Translations under genes and position numbers: made by a program
Shown: positions 9,544 through 16,668 of the stretch, piece by piece
Layout: each line of letters opens with the position of its first letter
Numbering within the stretch: position 1 is the first letter of the stretch
The notes under the pieces: generated by a model
What the model was told of the DNA's origin: nothing
Databases searched by the model: none
The model's input: only the letters and a program-made list of their open reading frames with translations
IMG/VR virus record: IMGVR_UViG_3300012808_000001
Coordinates: 1 to 37,790 of that record
Length of the DNA stretch: 37,790 nt
DNA from: a virus
Taxonomy: Duplodnaviria > Caudoviricetes
Reading direction: 5' to 3' (one strand)

Positions 9544-11165
9544 GGCGCATCCTTTCGGGCGGGTGCGCCCTCTTCCTTGTCGCTGCCGTTGTCTGACGTG
9601 TTGGCAATCCAGGTGGTGGCACCGGGCTCGGGCAAGCCGTGCTCGCGGCGGCACTCGGCCTCCAGGCGCTGCTGGTGCAGCACCTCTTCCCAGTCCAGGC
9701 CCTGCTCGGCGCATTCCTGCTCCAGGGTGGAGACACCAATCTCCAGCCGCAGCTTGGCGGCCTGCACTTCCTTGACCGGGTCCACCCAGCCCTTGCCGCC
9801 AAACACAAAGCGGCAGCGGGTATAGGCATAGCGGTTGGCGTAAAAGCCGGGCGCGTCGATCACGCCCGCGTTCACCGCCTCTTCCAGCCACAGCTCGTAA
9901 ATGGGGCGCAGCCAGGTGGTGGTCAGCCAGCGGCGGCGGCCGTGAAAGTAGCGCCATGCCTCCAGCAGCGCAGCGCGGGCGCTGCTATAGTTCACGCGGC
10001 TGAAGTCTTTGGCAAACAGCTCGTACGGCAGGTTCATGCCTGCGGCAATGCGCCGCTCCACCGCCAGCATGAAAGCCTCAAACGCCACATTGGGCCGGCC
10101 CGGCGCAAACGACTGCAGCCGCGCGCCCACGGGCAGCGGAATCACCGCACCCGCCTGCAGCTTGCCGATGCTGCGCGACTGGGTGACGGACTCCTTCCAC
10201 ACATCGCGCGCCTGATCGCCGAACAGGGCCGACGCAGCCTCCTGGCTCAGATCCGACTCCAGAAACGCCGCCACCAGCGAGTTGGCCAGGCTGGCCTGCA
10301 GCTCGTTCTGGGCGTATTTGCCCGCCATGTGAAACTCGCGCATCACGGCGCTGACAATGGGCTTGCCCCGGCTCTGGCCCGTACGCTCCTTGGCATGCAG
10401 GTGCACCACGCGGCGGCGGCCCCAGGGGGTAAAGGCGGGCACGCGCTCCCAGCGGTTCAGGTCCTGCGCTTCGTCGCCGCGCAGGTACAGCGCATCGCCA
10501 GGGTGTGCGGCACGAAAATGGTAGGCCACGGGCGCGCCCTCGCCGTCCAGCTCCACGCCACGGCGAATGCGGGCCATGCCCTCCAGGTACGGCGGGGTCT
10601 CCAACCGGTCGGCCTCGATCACGCTCAGCCGCGTGGCCCAGGGGCTGTCGGGCCGGGGCAGCCATTTAGGGATGGCCACGGCATCGCCGTTGACCATCTC
10701 GCCGCCCAGGGCCAGCACCGTCAGGCCCAGCAAATCCAGCGTGCGGGCCGCGTCGCAATCGGTGGTGTCGGCCCAACTGCGAAAGTGCGCCTCAACCTTG
10801 TTGCCCCACTCGCGGGCCTGCTCGGGCGTCCAGCCCAGCAGGCGGTAGTCGGGCACGGCAGACAGGCGCAGCACCGCGCCCACCACGTTGTCGCGGTGGG
10901 TCTGCAGGCCACCGGCCATCAGCCCGTCATTGCGGGCCAGGTCGCGGGCGCGGCTGGTCAGCGTACCCAGCTCGGGCAGCAGGTCGGCGTCGGCGCTGCC
11001 CGCCATGGGCTGCCAGTCGCTCAGGGCCAGATCGGTGTGCGATGCGCCCTGGTAGGCCGACATGGCCGCCCCGCCCTTGAGCGGCGCTGCGCCCAGCGAC
11101 GCCGCAAACGACGTGCGGCTGCGGCTTTGACGGCTTGCTTGGTTCTGGCGTGTATTGCGGCCCAT
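9540..11165 (-). CDS. Portal protein, lambda family
   Basis: RARDLARND, GQSRGKP, NYSSARAALLE, WVDPVKE motifs; alternative GTG start at 11171. Confidence 0.95.
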   Translation of the reverse strand: MGRNTRQNQASRQSRSRTSFAASLGAAPLKGGAAMSAYQGASHTDLALSDWQPMAGSADADLLPELGTLTSRARDLARNDGLMAGGLQTHRDNVVGAVLRLSAVPDYRLLGWTPEQAREWGNKVEAHFRSWADTTDCDAARTLDLLGLTVLALGGEMVNGDAVAIPKWLPRPDSPWATRLSVIEADRLETPPYLEGMARIRRGVELDGEGAPVAYHFRAAHPGDALYLRGDEAQDLNRWERVPAFTPWGRRRVVHLHAKERTGQSRGKPIVSAVMREFHMAGKYAQNELQASLANSLVAAFLESDLSQEAASALFGDQARDVWKESVTQSRSIGKLQAGAVIPLPVGARLQSFAPGRPNVAFEAFMLAVERRIAAGMNLPYELFAKDFSRVNYSSARAALLEAWRYFHGRRRWLTTTWLRPIYELWLEEAVNAGVIDAPGFYANRYAYTRCRFVFGGKGWVDPVKEVQAAKLRLEIGVSTLEQECAEQGLDWEEVLHQQRLEAECRREHGLPEPGATTWIANTSDNGSDKEEGAPARKDAP

Positions 11166-11167
11166 GC

Positions 11168-11410
11168 TCACACCAGGTAGATGGGCTTGCGCACGGCCTG
11201 GCCGTTGCGCTGGGCCAGTTCGGCATTGATGTCGTCAATGGCACGGCGCAGCTGCGTCGTGTCGGCATTGAACTGCACGGAGCGCGCGCCCACGCCGTCG
11301 GTGCTGTGGCTGGCCTGCGTGGGGCCGGTCAGGCGCGCATCGATGGCGGCCAGATAACTGTCGCGCCGGGCGGTGAGCTGTTCGGTGGTGAGGTGGCTGT
11401 AGAGACCCAT
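11168..11410 (-). CDS. gpW-like head-to-tail joining protein
   Basis: 80 aa directly before portal; RSVQF...LRRAIDDINAEL...RKPI pattern. Confidence 0.82.
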   Translation of the reverse strand: MGLYSHLTTEQLTARRDSYLAAIDARLTGPTQASHSTDGVGARSVQFNADTTQLRRAIDDINAELAQRNGQAVRKPIYLV

Positions 11411-11433
11411 GCGCCGATGGTCGGCTCAGGGGT

Positions 11434-11472
11434 GCGACATTTCCAGGCGACATTGTCGTAAAAACATGTCGC
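11434..11472. promoter_or_regulatory. Concentric palindromic site upstream of the head operon (putative late-activator site)
   Basis: GCGACAT 11434-11440 / ATGTCGC 11466-11472 and CGACA-T-TGTCG 11448-11458, all centred on 11453. Confidence 0.65.
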
Positions 11473-11566
11473 AGCTTTCTATCGCTTATGCAGTAATAAC
11501 ATCAACAATCAAATTAATAGCAAAGCTAAGATCCGTTGAGCAATATTCATTACAAGGGAGTGAGCT

Positions 11567-12406
11567 TTGGAAAAGTTGCAGTCAATGGCATCGACCTACT
11601 ACGAGGCATTTGAAGGTATTCATCTCTACCCAAAGCTACGCAACAAGCTTGGCCTTTTCTGGCTTCTCTCACTGCTTCTGCTGGTGATTGCATTCGTTGC
11701 GCTGTTCAAGGGCATGAGCTACAGCGAGCCCTTTTTCTACTTTTCCGCTTTCACATTCATGGGCACCTCCGCCGCAGCCGAGGACTATCGAGTCAAGTCC
11801 ATCACAGCTCAATTGGGCAGTGACCATCGCAAAGCCCGCATCCAACGTCTAGAGCAAATTACAGGAAGGCCTGCATCAGAGTTTCAGGCTCTGGCACAAC
11901 AAGCCTCCGAACTGCTAACCCTGCAACAGCAATTCACCCCTCGTCGTTTCAGCTTCCGCACCATGCTCTACAACGCCAGCATGAAAGGTCAGCTGGTGCC
12001 AATTTTTATTGGCCTAATGAGCATCCTACTCATCGTTTTTCAAAAGACGTTCAGTCTAGAGCCAGAGCAGTTCTTTGAGCTGTTTGACAGTCCCGGCATA
12101 TGGGCACTCGCAGGCTACGCACTCTTTTTCTTACTGCTCGCGTTCTTCATCGTTACGGGCGTTCTGTATATCTACTACGAGTCCAGCGGGATCTTCAGGC
12201 GCTGGCGAGCCAAGGCAGGTATTCACAAGCCCAGCGCACGAGTTGAACTGGACTACTTTCTGCGGCATTTAATCGCCTACCACGACCCTGTGCGCACCGT
12301 CGAACACCACAGCAACATAACGTTGCTGCATACGTCAAAGGCTGGGCCGCGTAGAAAGCTAATGAAAATGCCCCGACAACAACGCCGAGGCATCAGGGTT
12401 AGTTAA
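11567..12406 (+). CDS. Multi-pass membrane protein (about 4 TM), moron
   Basis: TTG start after AAGGGAG (alternative ATG 11585); four hydrophobic stretches; opposite strand to neighbours; lower GC. Confidence 0.8.
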   Translation: MEKLQSMASTYYEAFEGIHLYPKLRNKLGLFWLLSLLLLVIAFVALFKGMSYSEPFFYFSAFTFMGTSAAAEDYRVKSITAQLGSDHRKARIQRLEQITGRPASEFQALAQQASELLTLQQQFTPRRFSFRTMLYNASMKGQLVPIFIGLMSILLIVFQKTFSLEPEQFFELFDSPGIWALAGYALFFLLLAFFIVTGVLYIYYESSGIFRRWRAKAGIHKPSARVELDYFLRHLIAYHDPVRTVEHHSNITLLHTSKAGPRRKLMKMPRQQRRGIRVS

Positions 12407-12460
12407 GCAAAATCAACCTCTAGCACTTATCTATCAAGCGCCAGCAGCTATCAAAACTGA

Positions 12461-13246
12461 TTACCTGAAGGTCATCATCAGCGTGCCGGGTGGCAGGCTG
12501 GGTGCGGCTTGTGCTGCGGGAAGGCCGGGTTTGGCGGCCTGCTTTTCGCGGTGCTGGGCGCGTTGGGTGAGGCGCTGGGTGCAGGCCGTAGCCAGGGTGG
12601 CGAGCTGGGCATCGGTGGCGGACAGGATCTCGCCGCTGGCAATGCGCTCGGGCAGCGCGTTGAAGGAGACGATCATCTGGTCTTCAGCTATGGGCTGGGC
12701 ATGGGGCACGCTGGGCTGGCCTTCGCGGTCGTAGCCAAGGTTGAGCAGGTAGCGGGCATGGCGCCAGTCAGTGTTGTCTGCGGCCATCACAGCGTCAAAT
12801 ACCGCCTGTGTGACCTGGGCCGCCGCCTGGGTGGCCAGACGCTGGGCAAGCTGTATGCGCTGCGGGTCTTGCACGGGCTTTTGCAGCTCGGCCTCCATGC
12901 GATTGAAGGCTGCAAGGTAGGCAACTTTCCATGCTGCGGCTTCTTTGCCGATGAACCCCATCACCAAGAACACAAACCCATCACGGGTGATGCGATAAGC
13001 GGGGTCTTTGCGGATTCGACCCATACCAAGATCGGTGCTGGTTTGTATCGGCACAAAGTTGCGCTGATAGAAATCTTCCTCCACCACACCGCTCAAATTT
13101 CGGATCGCTCGCAGTACAGCCTTGTGCTGTTTTCCGAAGTGCGCGGCGATTTGGTTGCTGGTGGTGGTGACGATGCCGTCATGAATCGAAAGCTCGGGGC
13201 GAGCAGATGCGGCAGTTACGGACGAACCAATGGTGATGTCAGCCAT
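12461..13246 (-). CDS. rha: Rha family phage regulatory protein
   Basis: TTSNQIAAHFGKQHKAVLRAI and YRITRDGFVFLVMGFIGKEAAAWKVAYLAAFNRME motifs; CAGGAG RBS before ATG 13246. Confidence 0.9.
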   Translation of the reverse strand: MADITIGSSVTAASARPELSIHDGIVTTTSNQIAAHFGKQHKAVLRAIRNLSGVVEEDFYQRNFVPIQTSTDLGMGRIRKDPAYRITRDGFVFLVMGFIGKEAAAWKVAYLAAFNRMEAELQKPVQDPQRIQLAQRLATQAAAQVTQAVFDAVMAADNTDWRHARYLLNLGYDREGQPSVPHAQPIAEDQMIVSFNALPERIASGEILSATDAQLATLATACTQRLTQRAQHREKQAAKPGLPAAQAAPSLPPGTLMMTFR

Positions 13247-13300
13247 GACGGGCTCCTGTGCGACAAGTGTTTGAACCCATCGCCTCAGCCGCCAAGCAAA

Positions 13301-13377
13301 GGTGATGGACCGTGCAGGGTTGGCGGACCGGACACAGGACCGGCACACCCTCGCGGGTGTCCCCACACGGCCCACCG
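13301..13377 (-). ncRNA. C4-type antisense RNA (P1 c4 / P4 CI-like)
   Basis: Outer stem 13301-13320/13361-13377; ACACCC-GCGA-GGGTGT hairpin; segments CCGCCAA and TCCTGTGT complementary to target pairs both upstream and downstream. Confidence 0.75.
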
Positions 13378-13546
13378 TAAAGCGGAGCCATGCGCGCGCA
13401 GGCATGCTCATAAAAGCAAAAAGCCGCAGACCATGAAGTGATGGCGCGGCTGCTGCGCCTGTGTAGTTCCGGGCCGCCAAGCCCAGATCACGCTTACGGG
13501 CGTGATTCATGTACTTTACCAGAAGATTGCCTACGGCTACATCACC

Positions 13547-14641
13547 CTAGCTTCTGGATTTAGGAACCGCAACTCCCCAGTCGAAAACCGCTTTCCCAAC
13601 CGATAGCCATTGATCTGCATTACTTGAAGTTTTCATTCTTTCATATTGCTTGTGGCTACTAATCTTTTTACAAAAATCAAGAAACTTTTCTGCAACCCGT
13701 TCCCCAAGAGAGTCAACCATAAAGCAATCGCAGCCATCATCACAACCGTTCTTGCACCCATGTATCGCTGGATTCTTTGAATGCAAAAAGGTGCGCCAGA
13801 ATGAGCTTTTTTCATGATTACCATGATTTCCGTAAGCCCATGAATATTTGGTTCCCATTTTTAGGTCGCAGTAAAGCCAGGCCACAACATCACCTTCAAT
13901 TTTAGATTTGACGTTATTAAATCGAACATGCAAATCTACCGCACCGCCATCATCAAATATTGCATCCTCGACTAAATTTATCGGAAGTAAATTTTCTAAC
14001 TCCCTTGCTGGCACATCAAGATGGGTTGCGATCCATCGTCTCTCAGAAGCAAGATCTTTACAACTCCTGCTTACCAAGTTCGATTCCGCCCCTGGATAAT
14101 CTTTATCGGTGTCTGTTACCGATAAACAGAATGTCTCTCTACGATTAACAAAATTCATAAACGATGGGTAGATTTGATTTCCACCACCACCTGAAGTTGT
14201 TAAATTATGTACTAGCCCATTAATATTATTATGCTTTTTATAGTGTGCTGCCGCTATTAGATATATTTCGGCATCCATAAGATTTTCTGTCAAAAGAGTG
14301 CATCCTGAAACTGGATTCTCCTCTATTGCAGACAACGGCACTTCCCAAAAACCGGATTCATTAAACACCAACTCTCTATCGCTAGAAACAACCAGCACTT
14401 TCAATTGTATTGATTGTCTCAACGCAGAGTATTCAGACAATCTATTTTTCAGCTTCAAGCAAACAGACTTTGCAGCACCGCTCAAATCCTGAGCACACAT
14501 CCAATCCAGTATGCGTTTTTTGGCATATAGAAAGTTCTTTCCATGAAATACAGACAATGCTATAGATTCAAGTGCCGCACACTGTGATGCATTTGCAACT
14601 GGATACATTCCTACCAATGATTCATCCAGTTCAAGCCACAT
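13547..14641 (-). CDS. TOPRIM-like (OLD/DUF4435-type) putative nuclease effector
   Basis: ATG 14641 overlaps the ATPase end; motifs LLTENLMD, GGGG, TDTDKD, RELENLLP; AT-rich. Confidence 0.7.
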   Translation of the reverse strand: MWLELDESLVGMYPVANASQCAALESIALSVFHGKNFLYAKKRILDWMCAQDLSGAAKSVCLKLKNRLSEYSALRQSIQLKVLVVSSDRELVFNESGFWEVPLSAIEENPVSGCTLLTENLMDAEIYLIAAAHYKKHNNINGLVHNLTTSGGGGNQIYPSFMNFVNRRETFCLSVTDTDKDYPGAESNLVSRSCKDLASERRWIATHLDVPARELENLLPINLVEDAIFDDGGAVDLHVRFNNVKSKIEGDVVAWLYCDLKMGTKYSWAYGNHGNHEKSSFWRTFLHSKNPAIHGCKNGCDDGCDCFMVDSLGERVAEKFLDFCKKISSHKQYERMKTSSNADQWLSVGKAVFDWGVAVPKSRS

Positions 14642-16235
14642 TATTCTCTCCCGGCTCGAAGAAACCAAATGGCCAGTTTTGAAGAACACCTTCTTCATCA
14701 AAATTTGATATTCTTACACTCGTGGACTTCTGTTCACTTTCACTCGGCTCAAAGAGAAGAATTGCCACATCTTGAGGAGAAATAACTTTTTCTTCGACAA
14801 GTCGTCCCAACCTATTAACAATGTGCTGACTGTGCGTCTCAATAATTAATGATGTATTCCCCTTGCTTCCATTATTGTTTTTAACTGCAGCAGCAAAAAC
14901 ATCAGCCAACCGAGCTTGATACTCTGGATGAAGATGCAACTCTGGCTGTTCAATCACAACAGCAGATGAAGAGCCTAAATCTTTATGACGACCATTGATC
15001 GCCCAAAGCTGAGCCGCAATAGGAAGAACCTGCGATATGCCAAATCCCATATCCGTGATGTTAAATGGCTTGTCATCATTCTCCCCTTTCGCCATCACCA
15101 TAATCTGCTCACCCTCACGCTGAGGGAACACATCAATTTTTAAACTCTTCGATATCCATTCTCGAAAGCTAAGCTGTGCGGCAAGGCTTAGGCTATCTAA
15201 AAAAACCGGTAAATTCCCGCCTTCTGGGTCTATTTCGTGAACCGCCAAATCTTGACGACGATAATATCTTTCAGCAGTAGCCCTTAAAGGCTTTAGATAA
15301 CGTACTGACGAAAAATATTTCTTTAAAGCGCCATCAATTCTATCTACAATTTCGGGAAAGACATCCGCAAGAATAGCTTCTTGAAATGATTTGGAATAAT
15401 GCTCCTTTCCTGACTGAGTATATCTTGCAAGATCTCTCCAAGAATTTGGACCTCCAATTGACGAGACTGATTTTATTATTTCCTGTACTGAACCAAGCTT
15501 AACCTGAGATGAAATTCTTCTAATCGTATTAATACTAACATTACCATGAACCCAGTAACTTATTCTATCAACAATTCTTGATTTCCATGGATTCCTCGCC
15601 ACAACGTAATAAGGCTCTTGCGATCCATCTGGATTAGTTTTTTGTTCCAGCCTACCAAATATGACATTCGGCAAGACATCGCCTTGAAATGAAAATGCCT
15701 TATATCCTTGTGGTAACGACTGCTCCTGTCCATTTATATAGATACCAACAACACTCAAAAAGCCATTAATATCATTGAATTTTATTTCAAAATTAAAATC
15801 ATGAGCCTCAACATAGATTGATTTTGGAAATGCAGCTTTACCATCCACACCAGTGCACAAAACAAGCTCAACAGTTGCCTCACTCAAAAGGTAGCTTGAT
15901 CGGTTACCCTGGTTTAAAAAAACATCAGGCCTCTCGCTTTTTTCATTATTGTTATCATCCTCATCTAATTTTAAAGAGAACTTAAAGGAGAGATCCGTTT
16001 CTCCTCTATGTATAGCTTGAGATAATGATCCAAAATCCACATAATCACCAAACCACAATATTGGCGATCTTTTTTTTCTCTCCACACTCTGTCTAATTAG
16101 CGGAAATATTCTGGCAAATGTACTTTTACCAACGCTATTTTTCCCTATCAAAACAGTAATCGGAGCTATGGGTACTGATTCAATGTTCTTTAAACTACGA
16201 AGATTTTTTATCCCCAAACTTCTTAGTACTGCCAT
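14631..16235 (-). CDS. ABC/AAA_15-type ATPase with DUF3696-like C-terminus
   Basis: Walker A GKNSVGKS, signature-like GFGISQVLP, Walker B/D-loop IEQPELHLHP, H-loop IETHS, terminal NWPFGFF; GGAGG RBS before ATG 16235. Confidence 0.9.
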   Translation of the reverse strand: MAVLRSLGIKNLRSLKNIESVPIAPITVLIGKNSVGKSTFARIFPLIRQSVERKKRSPILWFGDYVDFGSLSQAIHRGETDLSFKFSLKLDEDDNNNEKSERPDVFLNQGNRSSYLLSEATVELVLCTGVDGKAAFPKSIYVEAHDFNFEIKFNDINGFLSVVGIYINGQEQSLPQGYKAFSFQGDVLPNVIFGRLEQKTNPDGSQEPYYVVARNPWKSRIVDRISYWVHGNVSINTIRRISSQVKLGSVQEIIKSVSSIGGPNSWRDLARYTQSGKEHYSKSFQEAILADVFPEIVDRIDGALKKYFSSVRYLKPLRATAERYYRRQDLAVHEIDPEGGNLPVFLDSLSLAAQLSFREWISKSLKIDVFPQREGEQIMVMAKGENDDKPFNITDMGFGISQVLPIAAQLWAINGRHKDLGSSSAVVIEQPELHLHPEYQARLADVFAAAVKNNNGSKGNTSLIIETHSQHIVNRLGRLVEEKVISPQDVAILLFEPSESEQKSTSVRISNFDEEGVLQNWPFGFFEPGENNVA

Positions 16236-16269
16236 CTCTCCTCCAAATAATGTTTCACCTTGAAACATA

Positions 16270-16659
16270 TCACATCCTTGTAGGGGTAGAGACGGAATCC
16301 ATAAGAACAATCCTTTGCACTTGCCTAAGGCTTAGCCCAAACCGACGAGACAGTTCGAAGGCATTGCACCCGTCAAAACTGTCGCGTATTTGCTGTGTCA
16401 CACGCTTGCGATCCACCGCCCGCTGCCCTGGCACATAGACATGTACCCCGCCCAATCGCTGTATCACGCGACTGATTAGCTCTTCCGTCAAATCCTCCAC
16501 CCGCTCCACGCCATGGCATAACGCGGCGGCGGCCAGTTCTTCGCGCAGCATGGCGATGGGGTCCAGCTTGTTGGGGCTGGATACCGGAGGGGTGGATGTT
16601 GCGTCTTTGTCGTTCATTGTTTTGATAGCTGGTTGCGCTTGCTGTGCATGCGTTTGCAT
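16270..16659 (-). CDS. Mor/C family transcription activator
   Basis: LGGVHVYVP...IRDSFDGCNAFELSRRFGLSLRQVQRI matches the Mu Mor/C pattern; alternative start 16617. Confidence 0.82.
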   Translation of the reverse strand: MQTHAQQAQPAIKTMNDKDATSTPPVSSPNKLDPIAMLREELAAAALCHGVERVEDLTEELISRVIQRLGGVHVYVPGQRAVDRKRVTQQIRDSFDGCNAFELSRRFGLSLRQVQRIVLMDSVSTPTRM

Positions 16660-16668
16660 TGGTTTTTA

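Noticed and set aside
72-11461. Many long plus-strand ORFs over the structural genes (e.g. 329-1453, 6635-8569, 9639-11180)
   Set aside because: Antisense shadows of recognisable minus-strand genes in GC-rich DNA; no motifs or RBSs.
13247-13510. N-terminal extension making Rha 349 aa ('ash'-like)
   Set aside because: Better explained as the C4-type RNA and its targets; a good RBS precedes ATG 13246.
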